A stretch of DNA of 64,000 nucleotides from Squalus acanthias (lineage: Eukaryota), in assembly GCA_030390025.1 (NCBI GenBank), contig CM059432.1, positions 69,256,001 to 69,320,000 of the forward strand, given 5' to 3'. Under the pieces are notes generated by a model. That model saw only the letters and a list, made by a program, of their open reading frames with translations, was not told the origin of the DNA and did no database searches. Of the stretch, positions 1 to 10,890 are shown one piece after another. How positions within the stretch are numbered: the first letter of the stretch is position 1; each line of letters starts with the position of its first letter. Both the position numbers and the translations under genes were made by a program.

Positions 1-3000
1 GTGTTCTATAATATTCCTTGTGGCAGCATGGCTCTCAATGTATGCCTGCTGTGCACATGTGCATGGGTTCTGGACTGGAGTCGTGAGCCATGTCATGAGT
101 GGATAACCCTTGTCATCCAGTAGCCACCCTTTGATTTGCTATGGTAGTTTAAATACAGCTGGCACAGAGGACTTTAAAAAAAAAAATCATTTATGGGATC
201 AGGGCGTCGCTGGCAATGCCAGCATTTATTGCTCATCCCTAGTTGCCCTTGAGAAGGTGGTGGTGAGCCGCCTTCTTGAACCGCTGCAGTCCGTGTGGTG
301 AAGCTACTCCCACAGTGCTGTTAGGTAGGGAGTTCCAGGATTTTGACCCAGCGACGATGAAGGATCGGCGATATACTTCTAAGTCAGGATGGTGTGTGAC
401 TTGGAGGGAAACTTGGAGGTGGTGGTGTTCCCATGCGCCTGCTGCCCTTGTCCTTCTAGGTGGAAGAGATCGCGGGTTTGGGAGGTGCTGCCGAAGAAGC
501 CTTGGCGAGTTGCTGCAGTGCATCTTGTAGATGGTACACACTGCGGACACGGTACGCCGGTGGTGGAGGGAGTGAATGTTTAAGGTGGTGGATGGGGTGC
601 CAATCAAGCGGGCTGCTTTGTCCTGGATGGTGTCGAGCTTCTTGAGTGTTGTTGGAGCTGCACTCATCCAGGCAAGTGGAGAGTATTCCATCACACTCCT
701 TACTTGTGCCTTGTAGATGGTGAAAAGGCTTTGGGGAGTCAGGAGGTGAGACACTCAGGGCAGAATACCCAGCCTCTGACCTGCTCTTGTTGCCACACTA
801 TTTATGTGGCTGGCCCAGTTAAGTTTCTGGTTAATGGTGACCCCCAGGATGTTGATAGTGGGGGATTCGGCGATGGTAATGCCGTTGAATGTGAAAGGGA
901 GGTGGTTAGACTCTCGCTTGTTGGAGATAGTCATTGCCTGGCACTTCTGTGGCGCGAATGTTACCTGCCACTTATGAGCCCAAGTCTGAACATCGTCCAG
1001 GTCTTGTTGCATGCAGGCATGGACTGCTTCATTATCTGTGGAGTTGCGAATGGCGCTGAACACTGTGCAGTCATCAGCGAACATCCCCATTTCTGACCTT
1101 ATGTTGGAGGGAAGGTCATTGATGAAGCAGCTGAAAATGGTTGGGCCTAGGACACTGCCCTGAGGAACTCCTGCAGCGATGTCCTGGGGCTGTGATGATT
1201 GACTTTCAACCACCACAACCATCTTCCTTTGTGTTAGGTATGACTCCAGCCAGTGGAGCGTTTTCCCCTTGCTTCCCATTGACTTCAGTTTTACTAGGCC
1301 TCCTTGATGCCAGACTCAGTCAAATGCTGCCTTGATGTCAAGGGCAATCACTCTCACCTCACCTCTGGAATTCAGCTCCTTTGTCCATGTTTGGACCAAG
1401 GCTGTAATGAGGTCGGGAGCCAAGTGGTCTTGGCGGAACCCAAACTGGGCATCAGTGAGCATGTTATTGGCGAGTAAGTGCCACTGGATAGCACTGTCGA
1501 TGACACCTTCCATCACTTTGCTGATGATTGAGAGTAGGCTGATGGGGCGGTAATTGGCCGAGTTGGATTTGTCCTGCTTTTTGTGGGCAGGACATACCTG
1601 GGCAGTTTTCCACATTGTCGGATAGATGCCAGTGTTGTAGCTGTACTGAAACAGCTTGGCTAGAGGTGCGGCTAGTTCTGGAGCACAAGTCTTCAGCACG
1701 ATAGCCGGGATGTTGTAGGGGCCCATAGCCTTTGCTGTATCCAGTGCGCTCAGCCGTTTCTTGATATCACGTGGAGTGAATCGAATTGACTGAAAACTGG
1801 CATCTGTGATGGTGGGGACCTCGGGAGGAGGCCGATATGAATCATCCACTCGGCACTTCTGGCTGAAGATGGTTGCAAACGCTTCAGCCTTGTCTTTTGC
1901 ACTCATGTGCTGGGCTCCACCATCATTGAGGATGGGGATATTCTTGGAGCCTCCTCCTCCCGTTAGTTGTTTAATGGTCCACCACCATTCACGACTGGAT
2001 GTGGCAGGACTGCAGAGCTTTGATCTGATCCGTTGATTGTGGGATCGCTTAGCCCTGTCTAAAGCATGCTGCTTCCGCTTTTTAGCATGCATGTAGTCCT
2101 GTGTTGCAGCTTCCCCAGGTTGGCGCCACAGAACAAACGAATCGTGACTACTGCCAGGAAACCAGGCATTGACCTGCATGTGGTCACACACCAGTTGCAC
2201 ATTGGGGGAGTGGAATCCATTTCAGTTCTGGAAAATGGAAGAGTTGATATGAGGCGCATGCAAAGCAACATGCATGCAGTCAGTGGCACCCTGCACCATG
2301 GGAAATCCTGCAATCCATGCAAACCCTCGTTCTCGCTCCACCTGCTTGTCTCTGGCAAAAGGAAATGAGTTAAAGCTGTCTCGCTTTGTAAAGAGAGCCT
2401 CAGTGACCTCCCTTATGCAGCAGTGCTCTGCAAACTGTGAGATGTTGCTCATATCTCCAGCTCCAGCCTGGAAGGAGCCAGACACATAAAAGTTCATGGC
2501 CACGGTCACCTTCACAGCCACAGGCAATGCGGTCATTGCCATGCTCTGAGGTTGGAGTTGTGGCTGCACCAGTTGCCAGATTTCAGTGACGATCTCTTTA
2601 GTGAAGTGAAGATGTCTCAAGCAGTGGTCCTCGCTGAAGTTGAGGTAGGAGAATTGCTCCCTAAAGACCCTCGGCAGATATGGCCTTCTGCTGAGAGCCC
2701 TTCTCCCCCTCCTCTTCCTCCCTCTTCTAGTAGCTTTTGCTGCTCTGCATGGCCTCTCTTCATTCTCCCAGTCATGCTTAATTCCAAGAGGAAGGCTTAC
2801 TGGCCACCCATGTCTGGAAGCAACTGATTTCAACACAAGCCTTTAAGTCACCAAAAATGTACTTCAGCAACAGCCAGACGACTCCCTGTAGACTATTGAA
2901 ACTTTAGACAAGTATGGAAAAGCTCCCAAAATGTGTAGGATTGCAGCAACAGCCAGAAGAAATAATTCAGCAATTAACCTGTATGTCGTTCATGATCCCT

Positions 3001-3314
3001 TTAAATAGCACTGGTGGGGGGTCCTTCATGCTGTTTAACGTCATGTCCAGCTGTGCGAAGTTAAGGCTGCAGCATGGAGCTTGAGAATGGCAGTGCTGGC
3101 ATCAAATCAGTGTTGTACACTGATTGATGTCATAATCTATCTGCTTTGCATGCTGTCAGCAGTCGTTAGGCACTCGCGTGCAAACCCCTTTACAAATATG
3201 GTGTCCAGTGCACTTCGCATCGGAAGTGTGCACGCGCATCGCTGACGCCATTTTCAACCTTTAGGAGGCCTTATAGCACCCAAAAAAGGGTGCTACAGAG
3301 CCCAATTTAGCCCC
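1..3314 (-). mobile_element. PIF/Harbinger DNA transposon (decayed), extending past the window start and split by a LINE insertion
   Basis: Minus-strand transposase pieces RVFREQFSYLNFSEDHCLRHLHFTKE...FPMVQGATDCMHVAL...VNAWFPGSSHDSFVL (2124-2775) continue on the other side of the LINE as SSVPAVF...GWLLDDKGYPLMTWL...ESHAATRNIIE (172-1). They are colinear with the transposase at 5823-6960. A terminal motif CCAATTTAGCCCC lies at ~3302-3314. Confidence 0.9.
173..2123 (-). mobile_element. 5'-truncated non-LTR retrotransposon, CR1 superfamily (Zenon-like), RT and C-terminus
   Basis: RT motifs NYRPISLLS, QFGFR, ALDIKAAFD, GVPQGSVLGP and FADD in ORFs 1316-2200, 755-1279 and 239-754. The short 3' UTR is shared with the other copies in the window. 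Confidence 0.93.
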
Positions 3315-3739
3315 CGTAATCTCCTGGGAGAGGCAAAAAAAATACAGAGATAAAAGCCAGGGCCAATAAAGGAAAAAGATACTCTGGAAAATTTCTGTCC
3401 AACCCCCTCAGATGATTGAAAGTAGTCCAGCAGAAACAATAGTGCCCCTAAAATTAATCCTTTTCAGCACCGTGTGAAAATCTGGAAGTTAAATGTTTTA
3501 AAAGCATATTGGACCAATTACCATCTTCATTACCCCGTATCAAGCCCAATATCCTTTAACTGTCTGGTGAAATCATTGCCAATATTGCAACAATAAGAAA
3601 CTGAAGTACAAGCTTGTAATTGTCTAGCACCTGAGGCAAGATTAAACCAATTGAGAGTAAAGTCAAAAGATTATAGGGCAGGGTTTCCAGCCCTCCTCCC
3701 ACCTAATCCAATGCTGGATAGGACCAGTGCACCCAAAGT

Positions 3740-4110
3740 ATCGCCACTGCCTCATCCTTCCATACATCTACAATCTTCTTTAGCCCCATGGCCAGATCTA
3801 CACTCTTCCAACTCTAGTCTACTACAACAACACAAAAGCAAAATACTGCGGATGCTGGAAATCTGAAATAAAAGCAGAAAATGCTGGAAATACTCAGCAG
3901 GTGAGGCAGCATCTGTGGAGAGAGAAACTGGGTTTCAGGTCGATGACCTTTCATCAGAAGTTTATTCTAGTCTACTACAAGTCTCTCAATTCCACCATCA
4001 GTGCCTTCAGCCACAGTGCCTCTGCACTCTGGAATTCTGCGAAAACGCTTCACCTTGTTACTTCACTCCCCATCTTCAAAAGGTTTTCAAAATTTACTTC
4101 TTTTAGCTCT
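3740..4110 (+). mobile_element. Degenerate L2-like 3' fragment, interrupted by a Penelope terminal fragment
   Basis: GTGCCTTCAGCC...CTCTGGAATTC...CCCATCTTCAAA resembles the reverse complement of the L2 3' region at 62002-62437. Confidence 0.5.
3828..3965 (-). mobile_element. Solo Penelope terminal (pLTR) fragment, family 1, with 15-bp TSD
   Basis: Matches the 62439-62540 terminus of the Penelope element. TCTAGTCTACTACAA is duplicated at 3813-3827 and 3966-3980. Confidence 0.85.
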
Positions 4111-5822
4111 CCGAACTTTTCCCCTATTTACTGCACATTGTTCACTGGTCTCCCTGCAAAGCAGTTACATTTTTAGGACTTTTCTCCCTTTCTTACTCTG
4201 GGTTTTTTGGATTCCATATTTTAGATTACTCTCATAGGTGAGTGCTGACTCCCTATGACTTCCAAGTGCATCGCCACTGATACTGATATCTAGGTAAGCT
4301 TTAGGATGCCCAGGATAACAAACAGAAAAAAAACTTTTCTATTAATAACTTTAGTTACATAATTTATTCTATGCTTTCACTGGAATTTTCTCCCATTAAT
4401 GGAAAGCAGCAGAGCATCACACCATCAGATTTTGACAATCAAGTGAATTTATTTATCAATAAACAGTAAACAACAGCAAGACAGCATATACATATTTACA
4501 ATGGAAATCATACCATCTAGATCTTCAAAAAAAAACAAATTTTAGTAATCTCTATATTTTTTTTGAATTAACATTTTATATACATAGTGATTTGTTTCTC
4601 ATATTTTTCACCACTGTGGGAGTTGTGATGTCAGACCTAACTTTTGAAGTTTGCATCCAATTTTCTGATTTGAACAATAAATTTAGTTAACTAGCCCTGA
4701 AAAGTTGCTGTAGGCTCCTTGATTTAATTAACTGACAACTCAATTCAAAACAGAGCTGTCAGTCATACACAGAACTGAGCCAACTACAGTATTGTTTATG
4801 TTTGAATTATGTGGCTTGGTTCCTGTCTTAAGTCTGTGACCTTGGAGACAACTCACCAAGTTGTGCAACTTTTATATCAATTTAGGTTGGGGCCATGGAA
4901 TTTAATTGCAGTTGCCTTTTAAATGCCATAGGGCCAAAATTCTGATCTAGCAGCTTTGCTGATGTCTAGAAGGCAAGCAGACCCTGTTTCCAAACATGGG
5001 GCTGGGATTATTGGCATGATTAGGTCAGGTGACCTGCACCTGTAACGGTGCATCAGTAGTTCACAACCCGAGAGCGGGCAAAAAAAGTCGTCAGACCACT
5101 TCCATAATGGCCCGGGAAGGACTGAAGCTAGTGAGACCAAAAATGTAAAGATTGCTCCTAAGGGAGCCCTGGTCACAAATGTTAGGGTACGTGATCCTAT
5201 CCAGGATCAATTACATTTGGCTGCAAAGGTTCTTGGTCCTTTCCTGGAGCTGCAGTGGGACTCATGTCAGTTGTCAGCTGGTGCAAGTTCTGCTGATGAC
5301 TGTCAAGGATGTACTAGGTAGAATTCCCAGAATAATCCGAGAACACCCCCAGACACAGAACCTCGACTTAGGAGGTGGATTTGCCCTCGTCCTCTTAATT
5401 CTGGGCCTAGAAATTCGATTGCGTAGCGCCCATTGTTTTGGCGCTATGGGTGCCGTTTTGGGTCAAAAATGGCATCCGAGTCGTGCACGCCCAATTCTGG
5501 TGTGGGCCACGCTGGACGCCATCTTGGTGATGGCGTTAGCGTCAGCACTGGGTGCGTGCACAATAAGTATGTAGAGTAGGCAGTTCATGACGTCAATCAG
5601 TGTGTAACGCTGATTTGACGCCAGCGCTGCCATTTTCATTCTCAACGCTGGAACTAATGCCCCTGTGTTAACTCGCACAGCTGAACATGCGTTCAGCAGC
5701 TGCAAGTACCCTCTACCAGCGATATTTAAAGGGATCATCAACCACTCAGGGAGTGGTGCTGCAAGTGGAGAAGGCCTTGTTTCTAACTTCAAGGGTTTTG
5801 TTCAGACCACTTGCTCCCAGTC

Positions 5823-6960
5823 ATGAGTGCTCTAGTTGTCATCCCCCTTGGCCTGCAGCATGACAGGGAGATGGAGCAGAGGCAGCGAAGAAGAGGACAA
5901 GCTGCTCGCAGAGGGAGCAGGAGGAGGGGGCGAAGGGCTCTGAACAGGTGGCCTTACCCACCTAGGGTCTTCCGAGAGCAAATCTGTTACCTCAACCTGA
6001 GCCAGGAGCAGTGTGAGAAGCATCTGCGCTTTACGAAGGAGGTGCTCATAGAACTCTGCCACCTCTTGCAACCAGACCTGCAGCCTCACACCAGGGCAAG
6101 GACAGCACTGCCACTGACTGTGAAGGTGACCGTGGCCCTGAATTTCCTCGTGTCCTTACAGACTGGAGCAGGCGACATCTGTAAAAGCTCCCAGTTCGCC
6201 ATCACTGCTGCATAAGAAATGTGACAGAAGCTCTTTATTACAGGAGAAGGGACTTCATTGTCTTCTCGCTGACCAGGGAGAAGCAGGCAGAGCGTGCACG
6301 TGGCTGTGCCAGGTTAGCAGGCTTCCTCATGGTGCAGGGCGCCATCGATTGCATAAACGTGGCTTTGCAGACACCGTATCTAAATGCTGAGATGTACCGC
6401 AAACGCAAAGGTTACCACTCGCTGAATGTGCAGTTGGTGTGCGACCATGCTCAGCACATCGTGATGGTAAATGCCCGGTATCCTGGCAGCAGTCATGATG
6501 CTTTTATTCTGCGCCCGTCCGGTGTGCCCTCAGTCTTTGAGCGACCACGACAAACCAGAGGGTGGCTACATGGCGACAAAGGCTATCCGCTGACCACCTG
6601 GCTCATGACTCCGCTCCGCAACCCAACCACACGTGGGCAGCACACGTACAGTGAGAGCCATGCTGCTACACGGAATCTGATAGAGCAGACCATTGGCACT
6701 CTTAAACAATACTTCCAGTGCCTGGACCGCTCTGGTGGAGCCCTGCAGTACTCACCAGAACGCGTCTCAAGATTTGTGGTCTGCTCCACAAATTCGCTAT
6801 CATCAGGGCACAGCCCTTGCCACCAGGCATATGGTGACCAGCTGAGAAAGAGGAGGAGGAAGAAGAGAAGGAGGAGGAAGTGGAAGGGAGGAGGCAATCC
6901 AGACAGTACCTTTCTGCCCGGACTGTCCATGATCGACTCAACCGACTGTGGTATGAGTAA
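5823..6960 (+). pseudogene. Harbinger DDE transposase pseudogene (HARBI1-like family)
   Basis: Motifs VQGAIDCINV, RKGYHSLNVQLVCD, ARYPGSSHDAFIL, GDKGYPL and HAATRNLIEQTIG. Frameshifts occur near 6150-6220 and 6780. Confidence 0.9.
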
Positions 6961-7717
6961 ACACAAACGCAATTCCCCATTCAACAATAGTCCCACACTC
7001 CGTACCTTCCCTCTGTTACTGACCATCATAGCGTCCTCTTGGCCACTATGCTGAAATAAAAGCCACCACAAAGCAAACATTCCAATCCAACTTTATCCAT
7101 CAATCCATCCAATACTACATAACAAAGTGAATTAATCACCCTTGTGCATTCCCCTTGTGTCTGTATTGTGTGTGCCTTTGCCTATCCTAGTGCTCCTACA
7201 CAGTGCTACCCCAGTAGCTGCAGCATGTCTGGTGGAAGGCGGCTGACTTTTAGTGGGGGAGATTGCAGATGGCCTTGCAGGATGACCTCGAGCACCTCTT
7301 GGCCTAGAAGGCCTGTCTGTAGACTGCACAGCCTTGGACGGCAGCAGTCTGAGCTGGCTGCCTGACAGGCAACTCCAACGGCACTGGCAGAGTGGCAGTG
7401 GTGGGACGACAAATGCTGTCATCCTGAGAGAGGACAGCAGGTTCGTGCTCCACGGAGCCACTGGTACTCCCCTGGGGCAGCACCTCAGCATTCCTAGCCA
7501 TCTGTTGGAGGACAGATTGCTGGAATGCTGTGAAACCCTGCAAGCCCCTTTCCACACTGGTAAATGCAGCCACAATGGCAGCAGTCTGAGCATGTGTGGC
7601 ATCAAGCTGAGCTTGGATGACTTCTGTCTGAGCTTCCGCTGCAGCACTCAGACGTAGGGTGGTTTGTGCTTGTGCTGCAATGGAAGCTGAGACATCGGCC
7701 ATCAGACACTGCATCAT

Positions 7718-7862
7718 ACAATAGCAAAATACTGCGGATGCTGGAAATCCGAAATAACAACAGAAAACGCTGGAAAAACTCAGCAGGCCAGGCAGCATCC
7801 GTGGAGAGAGAAACAGAGTTAACGTTTCAGGTCAAAGACCTTTCGTCAGAACTGGAAAAAAG
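7718..7862 (-). mobile_element. Solo Penelope pLTR fragment (family 1) inserted in the Harbinger Myb gene
   Basis: Same sequence as 62439-62540. Flanked by CACTGCATCAT / CATTGCATCAT, a probable TSD. Confidence 0.85.
7817..7853 (-). ncRNA. Minimal type I hammerhead ribozyme motif (Penelope family 1)
   Basis: Minus strand reads AGUU-CUGACGA-A-AGGUC(UUU)GACCU-GAAA-CG-UU-AACU: stem I AGUU/AACU, a 5-bp stem II and a palindromic ACGU stem III. Confidence 0.75.
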
Positions 7863-9919
7863 CATTGCATCATGGTTGGGTCCACAAGTGCCCTAATTGA
7901 TCTTCCCACCTCTTCCATGCTGGAAAGGATGGGCTCAAAGCTCTGCGCAAAGCCCTGTGCAAGGTTGGTTCTGGACTCCTCCATGCTCCTTGACATTGCA
8001 TTCAGGTTTTCTGGCAGGCCTGCCAATGCACCAAGCATTTCGTTGTGCATACCCATCAGTGTTCTTCTGTAGACTGCCCCATCGAAGTCCTCATCTGAGT
8101 GCTCTGCAGCAGAACACGTGTGCGACCTCACCCTCTGGGGAGCTGGCACCTGCGCTACCCTTTCCCCCTGCCCTGGCTGTAGCCCACTCATGCCCGGTGA
8201 CTCACCACATGCAGATCCCACCTGTAAGCTACCCTCTAAACTCCACGCAGTGTCAGTATCTGAGCTGGTGGCTACAAGTGTCAGATCGAATGATGGTGTT
8301 TCTTCTTCTTCATCACTCTCCTCTCCTTCTTCTTGTACAACCAGTGGCTGGGCAGGTTGGATTTCTTGGGTATCTGAAATGAGAAAAGCACATGGATAGG
8401 GTTGTGGTGAGGGGAGCGGGGAAAAGCTAGAGGTGCATGCTTACAGCATGTGCAGATTGTAAATCAGAAGAGATTGTGGGATGAGGGGGAAGTGGGATGT
8501 GAGAAGACGGATAACGTATGAGGATACCGGCATCTTGTACTTTTACAGCCCCGCCGATGGCCACAGGCTCAGCCTTGCCCCTCCCAAGAATGGCCAGCAC
8601 CATCTCCTCCAAGTGTGTGAGATGATGCAGGCTAGCCTGCCCCTGCCAGTTAGGTTCTGCTGGCTACGGTTATGCAACACCTTTTCCTGCAAGAGAAAGG
8701 GAAGTATGTCAGTGAGTGTGATGCACTGTATTTGGGTCATGTGCCTGTCAGGGTTGAATAGCTGGCAGTGTGTGCAAGCTGTGAGATGCGAGCGTGAGGC
8801 TTGCAGCAGTGGTAAGTGTATGAGGGTGAGGTGAAGCCATGAATGTGAGGTAGGTGTCGTGTTTGGTAGAGATTTTGTAAGGTGAGTTATGGGGTGTGAT
8901 GCATTGAGCAGTGTGTGAGGCTAGTGGTGTAGATCGTGGGATATGGCATTTGAAGATGAATTCACTGACGTTGCGTCACATCCTCAGGGCAACACTGCTG
9001 GCATTCACCACATTGCTATCTGCTTCCATTGCACTTTTTTCTTGTGCCTGTAGGGCCTCCTGGCCCCCTGTGGAAAGAGGACCTCTCTCCTCGAATTGAC
9101 CTCCGACACTAAGGCCTCCAGTGCTCCATCGGAGAACCTTAGTGCATGCTCTCACCCTTGTTGTGCCATCATTATTTGAGTTTTTGCACTGTCTTCCTCA
9201 GCCACTTGAATGATGATCTGCAGGTAGAATGCACCTCCCCTTTAAGAGGTGCAGATGACCTTTAAGTGGTGCAGGCTAGCTTTAATTGGTTCGCATGCTG
9301 CCTGCAGTCCTCTAAATGGGCATGGGTTGCTAGCTCATCGTGATCCCCATGCCCATTTCCGGGAGCAAACCAATTTCTAGGCCCTGGAATTTCACCATCC
9401 AAGCGTAATGGAACCGAATCCTGGTGGCAGGATCTGGGGTCATAGCTTATTTTCTGGCTGTTCGAGAAGATTCCCACCGAAATGCTGGCAGGAGCATGGC
9501 GGAATGGCAACAGATTTTAATGGCCTCTTACTTTTTAGGACTGTACACTGCTCCTGATGGCATTGAACGTAGGGAGCCTCGTTATCACCAGACTGTATAC
9601 ATGCTCAAGCATGCTCTATTTCACCCAGAACCGTACTGGTTCCCATGCTTTTATGGTTCAGTCTCTCAGGCTAAAGGCTGAAATGATCCATTAACCTTTG
9701 AAATGCCTGGAGTGTATATTAATGACTTAAAGTTTCCTCTGACAGTCCCATTTCCAGTCTGAATGATCCGGGTGGATCTCATTCACATCATTCAAACGAG
9801 GTTTTCCACGTTTAATTAATATGTGAACGGTGTATGCTAGGCACATCTGACATTATAGAACTGGAGCCCGGATAAATGTGGCAAAACCAATGATTGCGCC
9901 GCATATTATTTTCAATAAC

Positions 9920-10200
9920 GCACACAGCTATACACAAAAATGTGAAACATCCACACTCAAAAAAGTGACCCCATGTAGATAAAAAGCAAGACCCCATATG
10001 AAAAAAGTGTGACTCTCCCTACACCGATGAAGTGAGAACCAAAAAATTGAGAGCATCATGCACGCAAAAAGCAAGATCCCTATATGAAAAAAGCAAAACC
10101 CCTGCACACACATAAAGACCCCACAGAAGTGAGACCCACCATGCATATAAAGATAGATCCCCTTATATACAAAAATGCAGGCCCTTATGCATCTTTGCCC
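9920..10200. repeat. Degenerate A/C-rich tandem repeat
   Basis: Recurring AAAAAGCAAGACCCC/AAAAAGTGTGACTCTCCC-like units about 20 bp apart. Confidence 0.55.
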
Positions 10201-10236
10201 CCTCATTCGACTCCTCCTCCTCAACCTGAAAACTTA

Positions 10237-10421
10237 GGGGTAGATTTTGATCTTCACCACCAGGGCAATAATCTGGGGGGCAGATTGCCCATGCTTTATG
10301 GAACCTGTCTAATTTTCATCCCAGTGGAATCAAGGCAATGAAAATTGGGTGGGTTCTATAAAGGACAGGAGATCTGACTCACCAGATTAACGCCCAGGCA
10401 CTGAAGGTGAAAATATATTCC
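10237..10421. mobile_element. Palindromic (hairpin) MITE with Harbinger-like ends
   Basis: Nested inverted matches: GGGGTAGATTTT/AAAATATATTCCC, AATCTGG/CCAGATT, TTTATGGAACC/GGTTCTATAAA and AATTTTCAT/ATGAAAATT. Confidence 0.7.
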
Positions 10422-10781
10422 CTAGAAGATTCCACTCTTTCAAGTCCCCAGGCCTGCAGGACTGGAAAAGGCTGCTCCCTGGTTGGTGAATTTTGATCAA
10501 TCCATAAACAACCTTTTCCAGTCCTCCAGGCGTGGGAACTTTAAGCGGTTGAGGTCAGGAGAGGAACTGGCAGGAGCTTCAGGGGCAGATCAAAGGAGCT
10601 CATAGGCTGCATTTGGCCTCTTGGACACTCTGTATGGAAGTCGAAAACAAAAGCCTCCTTTTGGAACCCAAACATACTTGAGACAGGCACTCACCTTAGA
10701 GCTTCCTCAGCGTAAGCTTCGCCTTTGTTCAGAGTACATATTCATTTATATTTATACACAAAGCTAGTTCTGCCTGTTTAC

Positions 10782-10890
10782 CATCTTTCAGATGAGATGT
10801 TAAACTGAGGGCCCATCTGCCCTCGCAGGTGGGCTATAAAGTGCTTTGGAAGGTCATGAAAGGCAATATATAAATGCAAGTTGTATCTTT
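10782..10890 (+). mobile_element. Internally deleted Deu-domain SINE fragment with L2-like tail
   Basis: CTTTCAGATGAGATGTTAAACTGAGG (Deu) is joined to GGTCATGAAAGGCAATATATAAATGCAAG (tail). Confidence 0.7.

Larger units (their letters stand above)
7132..9169 (-). pseudogene. Harbinger Myb/SANT-like (trihelix) DNA-binding gene, three exons, disrupted
   Basis: Exon 1 reads MAQQG*EHALRFSDGALEALVSEVNSRREVLFP. Acceptors TCTCTTGCAG and CTCATTTCAG precede exons starting at 8686 (EKVLHNR..) and 8373. The C-terminus is coiled-coil-like. Stops and an insertion are present. Confidence 0.75.
5404..9383 (+). mobile_element. Full-structure PIF/Harbinger transposon (decayed autonomous copy)
   Basis: TIRs GGCCTAGAAATT (5404-5415) and AATTTCTAGGCC (9372-9383), with CTG duplicated on both sides. 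Carries convergent transposase and Myb/SANT-like genes. Confidence 0.93.

Noticed and set aside
4931..5400. Older MITE hosting the full Harbinger (continuing at 9387-9525)
   Set aside because: The left end GGGCCAAAATTC is suggestive, but the right TIR and TSD are too weak to call.
5811..7054. Host HARBI1 or NAIF1/MSANTD gene
   Set aside because: Frameshifted, enclosed by TIRs and a TSD, and multi-copy within the window, so it is a transposon.
9539..9681. Possible plus-strand terminal exon (GLYTAPDGIERREPRY...)
   Set aside because: Short pyrimidine tract, no recognised homology and no partner exon.
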